A DNA stretch of 63,920 bases, counting the filler, from Sphaeroforma arctica JP610 (Eukaryota), in the NCBI RefSeq assembly GCF_001186125.1. It is 6 parts of 3 records of this genome, joined end to end, with 100 filler letters (N's around TTAATTAATTAA, not from the genome) between each part and the next. Parts side by side here need not be neighbours in the genome. Positions count along the whole stretch, not along the records: positions 8,345 to 29,159 come from NW_014040553.1; 5 more parts are not named here. One strand, 5' to 3'. Position 1 is the stretch's first letter. Every line of letters starts with the position of its first letter. Positions 12,742-26,774 of the stretch are shown in pieces. Made by a program: the position numbers and the translations under genes. The notes below the pieces were generated by a model. The model was given only the letters and a program-made list of their open reading frames with translations, made no database searches and was not told the DNA's origin.

Positions 12742-15700
12742 TCATTGATCCATCATGCTTGCCTTTATCGCGGCTTCCAATTCTGCGGCCTCTCTGATTA
12801 GGTGACGGCCAAAGAATCAGTAATGAATACGACAGAAATTATTTCTCGTATATGGATGATAATTTGATCCATTTCTCATGCGGAATATCAAATCTGATAG
12901 AATGGAAAACGTTAACTCAACTCGGAGTATAAAGTGATACCTTTCAGCAGGAGACATCTCCTTCTGACTCTGCTCCATCGCTAGTTGAAGCTGGTCGGAA
13001 TCAGTTAAGCCCAATGGTTGTGGTGGCTGATCCTGATTACCAGTCGCAGGTTGCTCTGCTGGGGTGACGTTCGATTCCAGGGGCTAAACGATAGCAAATG
13101 TACACAAGGCAAGTAAAATTAATCATATGCGGTATTTTGTTTCGATGAACAGCTACTACACGTAGCGATGACATGCGAAGAATTGCAGATTCTAAGACAT
13201 CTCAGCTGATGAAGCACTTCACATACCTCTGCATCTGCGAAGTACGGTGGCGGATCGTAGGTCGGAATTGACTGCTTTTGTTTTAATTTGTTTCTTTTGC
13301 CGGATCCTGTTGAAAGCCGAATAGAAACTCTTAGCGTATATAGACTTTAAATTGTACAAAGTAGAGACCGTGCGCCAGTCATAGTGAACCCCACTTCTTA
13401 AAACGATTACGAATGCACATGCACAAGCTCGAGGCATACCTGGAGATCGGCCAGGCGACTTTTTGCTTGTAACATCCGATGGTAATGGGATGGAGGAGCT
13501 CGGACCTACAACTTTCTGTGTCATGAGTAAAAACCACTTGTCAGTTGGCATGGTCCTAATTTCGAAACCAGCAAAGGTAGAATGAATGCTTCACGCAAAA
13601 CTCCCCCCCCCCCCATTTACTACACAACAACAAGAAGGTGTCGAAGAAGTGCTGAGCTTGATACCTTATCCGTACAGGGGAACGGTACAGATTCTACAGC
13701 GGACCCCAAGGAGTCGTTGTCATCCGTTGCCACGATCTGAGGAACAGTGCTAGTGTCTTGACTCGACGATCCAAAAAGGTATGTATCAGCAGAGTTTGCG
13801 ATATCGTCACCTTTCGCGGGTGATTCACCTATTTCACTCTCATTTTGATTCTGTGGGGTAGAATCGTCAGCTGAAGGCACATTCTCCGATGGACTGCTCC
13901 CAGGCATGTCGACCCCAAATGGATCGCCATGACTAGCCGAAGTAGTATCAGGTGGTGCGGTAAAGGCAGCGAATGGGTCGTCATTTGGATTGAAACTTGA
14001 ATTGCCCGATACATCACCGAAAGGGTCGCCGAATGCTGACACTGACATATCACGTTCGTTTCCTGCCGAGTAGCGAGGATAGGGTTCCAGCATTTGAAAA
14101 AGTTTGTTAGTTGTAAGACGATAAGGTTGAGACTTACTGAGGAAGAGCGAACCAATATCAGATACTCATTCAAAACGAAACGAGCACAGATAGGTTGCGG
14201 CGACGCACTCACCATTCGGAAGATCATCGAAAGTATCCATACCGGTTGTCTCGTTACCCTCTGCTGTTTAAATCGTATCGTTGCAAGTCGAAAAATGAGA
14301 AAAGATTTAGAAAGAATCTCACAATTCTGAATCAAAAGCAACAAATGGCCTGGGATGGAAGTGCAATAGAAGTAATGTGCCTTTAAATACCGAAAGGATC
14401 TAGGCTCGCTTTTGAAGGTCTCGCTGATGGGAACTCGTCTTCATCCCCTATTGGAAAACATTAATTATGCTTTAATACGTAGAAACTCACTTTAGGCAGC
14501 AATTAATGTAGTGCTTAAGCGCATTCTATAACTCAAATCATTGGACCACATACCGAATGGGTCATCCTCATTGGACCCAGCGAATGGGTCATTGTCATCC
14601 TCATCGAATGGGTTATCAGATGCGTTGTCGTTTCCAAACGAGCCATATTCGGTGACACCCGATGCTGTTCCGATAGGCATGAATATATTTGAGTAATATG
14701 TTGCGCAGAATATGATCTAGTCGAGCACCCCAAAAACCTCGATATGGCAACCATTGCAAACAACTAGCGAGAGACCAAGAATCAACTGTGTTCAATGCCA
14801 CCTTGAAAATGTCTGGGGCACACGTATTTTCCGCTACTATAAGACTGCATTTGAGCTAAAGCATCCATCTTGCGCATTTAAAAGTGCAATATTTCGCTTA
14901 TCGTTAGTAAGGGGTATACAACCTTATGTGCTCTAGCTAATCTTTCCAGCCACTTAGGTGACTGAGCCTTTCCAGACACTTTTTTTACAAGGGGTTGTAA
15001 TACACTCTTCCTCAGCCTATTCAGTATTGTAAAAAAAAATACGGCGTGCACCTTTGCATGGTTTGTGCACAAATATTGATCAACGTGTGGGAAAAAATCA
15101 AGGTACATCAAGGTACACAGCTTGCAACAGGCTGACATATATCTGTAGCATACCTCTCCGCGAGTTCGCACCGTTTTTAAGGCTCTCTTCCTCGACAGCA
15201 AAATGATCGCTGGTAATTTCGTCAACGCTGCCTGGAATCATCGCGTTGCTAGAACCATCGTCATCGCTTGCAAACAGGTCGTGCCTGTCAGTATTGTGGT
15301 TTTCATCTGCAACATTCTCGACTACTGTTGACGAAATTGATTGACGAGAGATGTGCACATATGAGAATTATGCAATACGAGTATTTCGTTTGTAAAATCA
15401 TTAGGCACATTTTCCAGAGAATATAGTTTTGTGTTTACATCGATTACCACTATATATATATCTTCTTACATGTGAGTCACGACTTCGAGGATAGTCTCGG
15501 GTCAGCGTCGGTTATGCAAGTATCACATATAATTTTACACGTACGGTCACGAGCAGACTGGCATATTGCTGATCATACCAGCAGGAGTGTTCGGGCTGTT
15601 GCTAGAGCTTCTTTCTTCTATAGCGAAGGGATCTTTGGATGATTCGTCAACATGGTCATCAGAACCTGTGTTTATCTCGCTCGTGGCTTTGTCAGCACAC

Positions 15701-18700
15701 ACGTCATCACTTGCGAACGGATCGTGGGTGTCGGTAATGAAGGTTTCATCCGCATCTTTTTTACCTGATTCTATATGGATATGTTCGAGAGAAAAAAAAC
15801 GTATATATCAACAACTATGCAACATATTTGCAGCATAATGTAAGTCGCATTTTCAAGCAATGAACACTAATCTACCTACAAATGTTACGTACCTACTTTC
15901 AAGAACTTCACTGATAACAGCATGTGACACGTGACCTATATAATGTCGGTGGTTCAAGACTGACTTGAACTGTTGAATCGTGTTTGTGCACAGACACTGA
16001 TCAATATGCGGGTGAGAACAAAAACGTATAGTGGTCGACAGACTGGCAGATCGCTATAACACACATACCACTCGAAGAGTTCGAACCACTGTCATTAACA
16101 GTAAAAGGATCACTGAATGTTACGTCAACATGGTCATCAGAAAGCTTCATCTCGTTCGTAGCTTTGTCAGAATCCTCATCATCACTTGCAAACGGGTCAT
16201 GAGAGTCGATGTTGGGACTGTCATCTGCGTCATTCTTATCTAATTTAACGAGACAAACTAATGAAAACCCATATATAAAATACAAAAATAGCACTTGCAT
16301 GACCAGAGGTGGTCTCATCTGCGATACAAAAAGAGGCAGGCTAACTTTAATTGACGTGTGCCTACCTTGAATATCTTCATCATCTGAAGTATTCTTCTGC
16401 GGTTTATCACCTGAAGCACGCTTCTGTTGTTCATCTTGTTGTGAAGATTCGATACCGCTGATAACATCTGTGAAAATACCAGTGTGATCCAAGTTCATGG
16501 CTGGCGATTTAGGATCATCGTCGGAGTTCTGCGTATTGTTAGTCCGATCCGAGTCTACAGAGTTCTTCATGGCATCGATCCCATGCATAATTTCGGCGAA
16601 AGTATTACCATGTGACGTTTCCTCACTGATAAGTAATCGGGAAAGAACACATGTATCTCAGAGGTTAAATTAATTAAATGGGAGAAGCTGCATGAAGAAA
16701 ATCAAGAGAAGTCGATGCTTATACTCAAAGTACGTTGCAGGCAGTGCATGGTTTGAAGTCTTGGTTTAAAGAAAACAAATACCTCGGATTATCACTGTCA
16801 TTTACTTCCCAAGGACTCTCTTTTTCATCACCCTGTAGTTCCGCATCGGTGCCTATCTCGGCTAATTCGGTGTCGAGAAAGCCCCTCTCAACAACCAAAT
16901 CGGCACCCGGTAACAATTGCCTCGATGTTTGACTCAGCACTGGTGATAATGGTACTGAACTGGGGTTGGAATTTACTGGCGACGGAGACGATTGCGGATA
17001 CGGAGATGGTGTATCGGTTCGTTCTGCATTAACACCCGATTCGTCAGGGTGCTCTCCCGTCGGCGAGGACGGTGAGCCAGTCAAATCAGTCTTGTCCTTT
17101 TGAGTGAGAAAACACAACGTAGAATTAGACTCCTGTTGCGAGGGAGTGTTATTTGCTGGACGTTGTAAAAGCCTACGTACATTCAAGAGTAACTTGAGTT
17201 GAGGCGCATTGTTCATTTGATTCATCATCGAAAGCAACCTTACGGAAATAAGAGTTGAGATTCATAATACCTCCTGGTCGGTCTGTCCGTCGGCAGCACC
17301 TGTCACGTTCGCGTTTTCATTGTTGCTATCAGCTTCAATCGATCGCGCCGAGATAACGGAATCGTCATCTACTCTTTTATCGACAGCGACGGAATCGGAC
17401 TCCGGCCCAGAAGCCTGTTGTGATGAGATATTTCAGTTCAGTATCAAGGAAGCTGTAACGACGGAGAGCACTTCGGGGCAGATAATTGAAAGCCGCTATG
17501 ACAATAAAGCATACCAGCATTTCAATCCTTGTCTCGTCATCTGCGATTTTCCTTTCGGCATCTGCTACACTAGCGTCTGTCGCAGCGACCTGATAACATA
17601 GCGTGTTGAAGTTTTACAATAATTTAATGATATTGTGAAATATTGGCATAATCCCAACCAAGCTCAGCTGAACTTCGCCAGCCTCGAAACTAATATAATC
17701 ATGGATGCTTACGCAAAAATACAACATGCAAAACTCGGCTGAGAACAAAGAAGCTATGAAAATAATGGAAAGCTTATCCTATATACGCCCGGGCTAACGC
17801 TCCGTACAGATACAAAGCTTAATCAGAAGACCAAATCCGCGACTATAGTATATCACGTAACGAGTAGCATACCACGCTTTCGTATTTCGCCTGTTGGTCA
17901 GCCAATTTGATTTCGGTGTCTGCAAGACGGATAGCCATCATCGCCACCTATAACAGTGAGATTTTTTTATGAGTACATCAATTTCCGGTTATTTTAGTGC
18001 ATTTGATCGAGCAAGTGCGATCAGATACATATAAAACTCAAACTTACTTTGGACTCGAATTCCCGTGCTCGACTTTCACTTCTCTCTATTTCGGACGCCA
18101 AATCGGCACAGCGAGCTTCCATGGACTCGATGTTCGCCTCCATCTCGTCTAGCTCGCTCTGGGTTCATTGAAGGTACCAACAGATAGTGGGGTTGCTGAA
18201 GCTTTCAACACTACAACATTGAAATATTTCCTAGATATCACTATAAAAATATGCTTTTGGTTTTAACAAGAGCCTTTCACGAAATTTTAAGATTCCACCA
18301 TACTTGCAATATGCGACGGGCGAGAAAATTTTCAGCTGTATTGCTTGCTGTGACACTCATCAATATTCAGAGGGTTAACGGTATAAACCTGTAATCAGAA
18401 GAGATAGTACGAACATAGGCACTACCTGCTTCTGAGTTATCTCCGCCTCCATTTCTTTCAACTTAAGTTCCGCTTCGACACCGTTCTGATTTGCGTGTTC
18501 CAGCCTTTGCCTGGCATCCTCCTTATTGTGAGAGATTGCTTCCATTCTGCTCGCGCAAAGTGGAAAGATAAATCAATGAGTAAACTCGTATACAGATGGT
18601 CTCGCAGTAACTCTGCTACTATCGAACACAAGGTATCAGTATGCACGTGAATTTTATTATCTGACAGGCACAGTTTCAAGATTTACACTCCCTTACCTAG

Positions 18701-21700
18701 AGTCGATAAAAGCAAGCTCCGTCTGCTTGTCGTCGACAATCTTCTCGCTGGCTACGATATCATCTTCAATAGATTTGAGAGCACTCTCCTGGGCCTGAAT
18801 CTATTATTGTAAACATACAAAGCTAGTCATACTTAGTATGTCTTATAGTGTCAGAATGGCACGTTGCTTAAGACGAAGTCAACAACCGCAAATCAACCCG
18901 AGTTTATACATATTGATTGCATAAATGCCCAGCATGATCTCAGCAACATTTACTATGAAATAGACGATGAAGTGTTGGTTGAAGCGAAAGGAAAAGAGAT
19001 CACATACCTCCGCCAGCTTAATTTGAAGTGTGTCGTCCATATCGGCTACTTCTCTATCAATTATACTTTTCTGTTCATCTAGGGCCATCCTCTTGCCTGC
19101 AAGCTGTCTCGCCTCTTCCTCTGAATTAGAGACAAAGATATGCAGCCAGAGTTGGATATGTCATGAGCTCTAATGCCGACATCCGTGATATACTTGCATC
19201 TGTTGTGTGGTGGACTGTATCGAACACGCAATGATCAAATAATATTTAAACTGTACAAATCACATACCAGCGGCGGCCAAAGCTTTGGCTTTCTCTATTC
19301 GAAGACGATTTGCCTCTTTAATGTTTTCATCATCTTCAGCATCGGCTGCAACAAAATCGCAGGAAGAACTTATAAGCAACATGTAAGTTTGAGCCGGGCG
19401 TTGAAAACCCTTTTCCGTGTGCTATTATAACATGGGGAATGGAAATATGGACTCTGAATCACTTTTTAATAGTACTCATCCCTATCCCACACCCAAAATA
19501 TGTAATTCAGATGAGAAAAAGCCACGGCCTCATCTGAACATTTACCTTCTTTAAATTCTGTGAGACCCAAGTTCTGTATTCCGACTTCACCAAACGATGA
19601 CGTTGACGCTGGAGTGCTGAAAGGATCTGCAAATGACGACCGAACAGACGATGCATTACCAAAACCAACAGATGGCGATTCGTTTCTCAGTGATGAATCG
19701 GCGATAGAACCGCGAGCTGAAGTCATGTTTATGAATGGGTCCAACGCCCGTGGTGCAGGTTTAACCGTTGAGATAGTACTTGCCTGTCGAAAACATACGG
19801 ATAAACGTGTCAGTCTGAATGCTTCAATCGCCGACCAAATAAGGTTAGATGCGCTATCCACTAAGCATTATTTGTCACTGTAGTCACAAGAGAGACCTAA
19901 AAATTCTGTAACACAACTTTCGTTGCAAAATGAGACAAAATCAACCCATAAATGAATGTCAACTTGTAACCATTATGTCCTGGATGGGTATAGGAAAACC
20001 TAAAAAGGGTAGCTCACGCCATGAAAGGCATTGAATTTTGCAGCTGCTACGGAAACCTTGCTATCATTATTGAACTCACCTTTCTGCACTCTGGTAATCC
20101 TGTCTCCGGTTCAGACGGTGGAGGGAGAGTTTCAAGATCGTCATTACTGGAGCTCGATTGTTCACCAGGCCCCGGAGACAGAGGCGGTGGTGGGAAGCTA
20201 CCCATAGATCCTTGAGAGGGTGTGTCAACGAGCGCAGTATCCAGTTCTACATCACCCGCTGACAACTTGGGTATGTCACTTGTAAAGAGGGACCCGTGAG
20301 ATGTAGATTGCAAAGACTCAATAGGCTTCTGGGAAGCTAAGTTGCTGAGTGATGTCATTGACGCGGCGGATGCACCAACCATAAAGGGTGCAGGAAACTG
20401 TGATGTCGGAGCAGAGTCAAGTGCTAGAGAGGATGGCAGGGATGCTGTGTCGAAATCCTTGGCACTCAGTCGCTGTTCTTGACCTCCGAGCATACTATCA
20501 TATGCAACAGGAATCGAAGTAGTGGATGTCAATGGAAGCGAATGACCCAAATCGTTACCAGTGTAATCTTGTGATGCCACACTTGGTGACATTTCTCGAT
20601 TCGTCGTCGACGGTGATGGTTGTATCGGCACTGGTGGCATCTGCCTTGAAGACATTCCCCTCGGTTGCATCGTGGTCACGGAAGACTTTGGCAGTGGAGA
20701 CCCAATTCTCGAATTTGATAAACCATTCGCACGGAGACTTGGGGGTACGTAGTTTGCTGGCAATTCCGATGGCAGCACAGTATTTGGCTCTTCCTTTCTC
20801 TTCTTGATAATATACATTATCAATGCAAACTGTTCCCTGTTAAGTTGCCCCTTTTGATTGTTATCTACAAGATTCCATACATTCGCCAAATCGCTTTTAG
20901 GTAGGCCAGACTTTTCAAGAAGTGGTCTAGCCTGTCTGCCATTTAGATAGTCGGATTTCTCACCGTCCAACAGCATATCAAAATAAGTATCAGACTGTGC
21001 CTTCATTTCCGGACTGATTATCCAAGTGTCTTCTATTGGCGATTTTTTCTGAATTTCGTCAGACTGTGGCCTCTGTTGTAACCCCGACGGCATGCTAAAC
21101 TGTGCATTCTCGGTAGGTACAGATGAGCTAGATCCCTGCATATTTTGTTGGAAACGATTTTCTGGTTCCGTGACTTGATCGGGCACCAAAGCGCTTGGCC
21201 CAACATCCTGGGCAATTTGGGTAGGCATTGACGGCTGAGTCGTACTGTGAGACGGTTGTGACCGCTCCGACATCACAGGTGAGTGAGTTGTCTCCTGCTG
21301 GGTAAGTTGATATTCAAACTGCAAAGTTCAGTAAGAAATTTGGTGTGTCCTCGTGTATTCGTCCACAAAATCGTAGCAATTACAATTTCAACATCGTCCA
21401 CGCAATAAAAATTCATGTGAAAGTAATATAGCATACCGTGACACTAAGTGGTCGTCGTGATGGCGGAATCATGTCCGGGGGAAGAACACTCGGTATCGGT
21501 TTCTGTAATCAAAGAAGTTTCAGACATCAGAAAAGAGCACACATGTCGACACTCGTGCTCATTCATTTATCAATACAACCTCGAAACAAACGCCACGCAT
21601 GAGCCGGTGTACTATATAGTGGCGCAAAGCTAGTGATACCTTGTCGAGCGCATTCTTCACCAACCGCATAGCAACTGCAAATTCTTCACGATTCAATTTT

Positions 21701-23254
21701 CCATTCTGATTGTTGTCACTCAATACCCAGATTTGGCTTAACGTAGAAACCGGAAGTTTCGACATCATCAAGAACTGAGAGGGAATGCAAGACGTTAAAT
21801 TGTTCAGATACAAAGGCATGCCGCGTCGCAATTCCACATGACAGGTCGTATGGGAATGCGATGTCATGTTCTGGAATAATTTCACTGAAATACGGAGCAA
21901 CACTGGAATATCGTTTAAAGGTGGAATATAATTTTGGATCACTGCTTGTAAAAACTTACGTTTCTGGCTTCTAATCCGGTGATCTCACCATTGTCTGATT
22001 TCATTTTACTGAAGTAAGCATCGCTGACGGACTTTTCTTGTGCTGAAATGGACCACGGAGCAGATACATCAAGTTGACTCGTTGAATTCCCCAAGCCAGC
22101 CTGTGCACATATACATCTAACATTAAAAGCTTGACATTCATTCGTTAATTGCCCAGCAAAATGACAACTTTGACTTTATCAATTTCACAATATACGGAAT
22201 GTCCAGGGAATTTGGCGAAACTGCCGGAAAAGGCCTCAATCACGAAAAAGTTTGCACGACAATATATCAATTGGCACTCATTGCAGAGAATACGACCTTT
22301 AGAAGCATAGTGTTGATAACTGGTATTTTCTGTATTGTCGTGTGTATCCAAAACAGAAGTTGATAATCGACTTGTCAGGAAATAACATACCCTTGGAAAC
22401 ACGGGAGATTGTGGCTTTAGGTTTGACGCGGGACGTTGTACCGACATGGGTGGCACGCCACTATGCACAGATTGCTGCGAAAGTTGTTTTGTCAAAGCAT
22501 TCTGTTGTAATTGGCCGTCGTGCATCGAATTTTGCGAAGCTTGTCTAAATATTGCGTTCTGTTTCTGAGAATAATAGGGTGATTCTTGAGTAGGCAGATC
22601 TTGAGCGGTTGGTTGCCGAGACACTCTATTCTGTACAGCAACTACTGGCGAGAGTGGTCTGTCCTGTGGTTGTTGTGGATAGCTATTCCGCTGTTGCTGT
22701 TGTTGTTGCTGATTTGGTTGTGTCTGTGGCTGTTGTTGCTGTCGCGGTTGCATGTGTGGTGGTTGTTGCTGCTGCTGTTGTTGCTGTTGCTGTTGCTGTC
22801 CCTGTGACTGTGATTGTTGCTGTTGCTGTTGCTGTGGTGGCTGTTGTTGTGGTTGCCGTCGCTGCTGCTGCTGTTGATTTGGCTGAAATTGCAGCTGTTG
22901 CCCGTGGGATTGATATGTGGACTGATTCGTTCCTTGACTCTGTCCCCTCCCGTCATCTCCTGAACCCGACACAGGTCGTTGCGAAACCCCTTGCACAGCA
23001 TCTTGACTTTGTTTGCCTTGCAATTGGTTCTGAGGTGGCCTTTGCTGTTGCGGTTGTTGCTTCTGACCGCCGCCTAGCAATAAATTTGATTCAAACATAA
23101 TCATATAGCGAGTCAGACAAACTTTAATACTTGTATAGTAACATACCAAACTATTATACCGCGATCAAGAAGTTCGCCATCACGTTTGAATTCGAAATAC
23201 AGGTCAATAAGTACACAGGTGCATATATATACATNNNNNNNNNNNNNNNNNNNN

Positions 23255-23300
<46 letters not shown>

Positions 23301-24040
23301 NATATCAGTAGATTGTACTGCAATTGCCTTCTAGGTTCAGTGAGTTCATAACCTTGTGGTGCTGGAGTGGCCATGAGCAACGCGTGGATACGAAATAATA
23401 CAAATTCAAATATGTTTACCTGTAGGGCCAATGATTCCCTGGAACGATGCAGCTGGAGCACCTGGCGGTGGTGGTTGATCCAGCAACGCGCGTGATGGAG
23501 TTGCGCCTGCTTGTGCAGCAGCTATGAGCCTAAGCGCAGATATAAACTCGTTTTTGTCCAGCTTACCATGCGCATTCGCGTCTGCCAAAGTCCATATCTG
23601 GGCACAACACGAGCACGCGAGTTTATTAAAGTTTTCAGTCCGTAAAGTGCATATTCTGATTGACCTGATATTAAATACTGAGACTTCAACTTACCTGACT
23701 CAAAGCCTGTGTGGGTAGCCCCGAATGTTTGAATAAGCCTACGGCAACACCGCCTGTGACATGTGCAGTTCCTTGGCATGCTTGGGTCCATAGACGCTCA
23801 TAATACTGTGTAGTAAAAGTAAAATACAACCAAAGTGTTTTTTTGACAAGGTTATGTAAAATACATAAACATTGGACATGTGATGACGTGAGCGCAATCT
23901 AAAAAGGCCGGCGAACGCGAAGCAACGAATCTCGATAATTTTACACAACTCAATTACATCAGAAGCATTCACCTAAGCCTGCTTGCAAATCACTTTACCT
24001 GTAGTATCGGAGGGGAGACCCCTGAATGCATTGAAGACAT
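12742..24040 (-). CDS. EPS15: EPS15/EPS15L1-like endocytic adaptor (3 EH domains, polyQ linker, coiled coil, DPF/NPF repeats, two C-terminal UIMs); about 25-30 exons
   Basis: First exon 24040-23999 (MSSMHSGVSPPILQ). EH motifs: SGLPTQALSQIWTLADANAHGKLDKNEF, SKLPVSTLSQIWVLSDNNQNGKLNREEFAVAM, SGLPKSDLANVWNLVDNNQKGQLNREQFALIM. Coiled-coil exons at ~17.9-19.35 kb and many DPF motifs. C-terminus DSDQLQLAMEQSQKE and EAAELEAAIKASMMDQ*. Confidence 0.88.
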
Positions 24041-24487
24041 GATGGTTGCTTGATCCACTAGCAATGAACAATCTACCAAATCCTTCAAGATGAGTAGTAC
24101 ATAGGAAATATATAAATACAATAGATAAATGCAGTACTTAAAAAGCATGAATGATTGTATTTATGATACTTTTATACACATATTTATCGTGGAACAGTGA
24201 ACACTTCAAACCAAATTTAGGGCCGTCCTATGTATGTAAAAGGCTAAAACCTCTCTAAAATAAAAAGCTTTGCCTGTTTTATTTCCGAAAATATATACTT
24301 CATAATCATCATCCCAAAACACGCGACCTCTTTCCGTGCATCATTCCAAACTGAATAGATCATAAATATATATACTAAATATATATTGTATAATTGAATA
24401 ATAGTGGTCATTATTGTCGCATCCCTTTGGAATATAGTTCATAGCTGTCTCATCACCTGTATTTTGTGACTAGTTTTCACTGCTATA
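24041..24487. promoter_or_regulatory. Putative bidirectional promoter between EPS15 and eIF3j
   Basis: 447-bp AT-rich spacer between two divergent start codons. No specific element identified. Confidence 0.5.
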
Positions 24488-26460
24488 ATGTCGTGGGAGG
24501 ATGATGAGTTCGATGTTGATCTGAATGACAGCAAGAACTTCAACAGAGGCACAGGTTTCTCCGACGAGGAGGATGATGGCGTAAAGGATGCCTGGGATGC
24601 TGACTCTGACACAGAGAACAACCCAGCAGTAACGGAGACGAAAACAACAGTCACAACCACAAAGAAGAAGAAAGGATTGAAACAAATACTCAAAGAGAAG
24701 GAAGAGAAGAAACAGAAAGAATTGGAGGAGAAAATGGCGCAGGCTGAATTGGTATGTGTTTTGTTGTCAACCTGACGTGTTAAAATAAATACCTTGTATG
24801 TATGAATTTACACCTGTATATCATACACTACGAGTTCTTTTCTTTTTTTCGCAGTGTGTCTATCTCCAAAGGGTTTTTCGAGTGTGGCTCATCTGTAGAG
24901 TGACCTTTTTCAATTTTAGGAGGCTGATCCCGAAGATGAGAAACGACAAAGGCAAATACTCGTGGAGCAGGCGGACTTGGACTTGGCAAAGGTAATTCCC
25001 ATCATGATAGTTAATTTTTAGAGTCTTTGTGGGTATTGAAAGCAGGGTGTGTTCTTACACCTTGTGTTCGCTTTTTCATCTGTAACTGTGTATTATGCCA
25101 AACGCCTACGACATAGGTTTTTAAATATAGCGCCAGTCGTGCAGTACAAGTTGTCTCGTGTTAAAGGCGTGATAATATCAGTTCAGCTGCATTGTGGATG
25201 TTTTGTGTTGCTTATGCGCCTGGAGGGACTGTTTTGGCAATCTTGTGCAAATGCTCGTGTCTGGTAGTCTCTGTTCTAAGGCATGTGATATTGATTTCTC
25301 TCCTTGGAGCCGTCGCAGTTGACTCAGATTCACGCCACTGTCAGCTTTTGTATGCTCGTATATGATAGAAATGTCGCCTTCGCTGTTCTCGTTACAATTA
25401 CAGTTATCTAGGAGCTCAGAGTGTTGGAATCGAGTAGCAAAATCGGTCTTTAGGCAATTTTATCAATAGTCACAGTTGTCGTTTTTTTCTGGCTGTCTAT
25501 GTCTATCCCTACCAGCTCCGAGTATCAATGGCGATGTCGGTATAGATAAATAGTTTTTTAACCCCGCTTGTGACCCTCATATATGTTTAGATCCAATACA
25601 TATCGCTGCTATTTTCCCACGAGCACGAATGTCAATCGGATTATTATCCAAATGTTACCGTAGTCAGATTCGGTTTTAAGTTCATAGTCGAACTCAGGTG
25701 ATGCAGGGGTGCTTTGTATATTCTCAGTTGTGATTTGCTGATCGTAAGATACCATCGCTGAAAATTTTCCCGCAGGATATGTTCGGTGGTGTGGAAGATA
25801 CGCCAGTGGCTGTGAAGGAAAAGGTGGACGAAAATAGTATTGATAAGGCTAATCCCAGGAACCGGTCTCAGTTTGACAAATTTGCTAAAAATATTTCTGC
25901 GAGGCTACGACAGTACGAGGTAACAACTATTCCGTTAACAAGGTTTTGACTGTCGGGTCGTTATGCCTTAATGATTTCAGGGGACAAGCTATATTTAGAA
26001 TGTAAGTTAACGCCTCTTCATTTTACAATCCACCAGGACACTCCGTTTTACCTTTCGATGGTGGAGCAGATCGCAAAAGAGTTGACAGAAAATTTGGATT
26101 ATGAGGACACACGGAAAGTAGCACAGATCCTGAACGTATCAGCCAATGATAAGCAACGAATTGTAAGTGATCTATCACTGATTATATATATGTATGTATA
26201 TATGTAATATATTATATTATATTATATATATATATGTATATATATATATAGCTGTTTGTACCGGTATTGGTATCGATTGCAATATTCTATCGCTGCGACT
26301 GATGTTTTAAACATGCTTGTTTAATCATTTGTATTGATCATAGGAGAAAGAGAAGAAAAAGGGTGGTAAAAAGAAAAAGGGTGCGACGATGAAAATGGAA
26401 CGAGGAAACGATGACGGTTCCAGAGGCAGGTTCGAAAATGATATGGATGATTATATGTGA
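24488..26460 (+). CDS. EIF3J: Translation initiation factor eIF3 subunit J (exons 24488-24751, 24920-24991, 25776-25919, 26037-26162, 26344-26460)
   Basis: MSWEDDEF, VKDAWD, KKKGLKQILKEKEE, LVEQADLDLAKDMFG and terminal DDYM*. All introns are phase-0 GT-AG. Confidence 0.92.
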
Positions 26461-26774
26461 TTAGGTTTGCATCACCGTTGTCTCTTGGCTCGTGAACGCC
26501 TACCTTCAATTCTGCGTCAAGCGATATTTGTCACGTAGTGGCTGGCCCTCTAATAATTTAAATGCTTTAATATAAAGCGATAGTGAATTATTGCGATAGT
26601 GCCCGGGCACATCTACAATTATTTATTTTAACAAGTCTAACGTTGGGAGAATTTTTGATCAATATTGTTTGGCTGGAAACTTTTCGAACGTCAAATGCAA
26701 ACGGTATACTTATCAAAATGTATCAGTTCGTTCGCATAGTTGCCCGAGACGTGGAAGCGCCGCTACTAGATTTT

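Noticed and set aside
22609..23100. Val/Ala-rich and Leu-rich plus-strand ORFs
   Set aside because: These are antisense shadows of the EPS15 polyQ exon.
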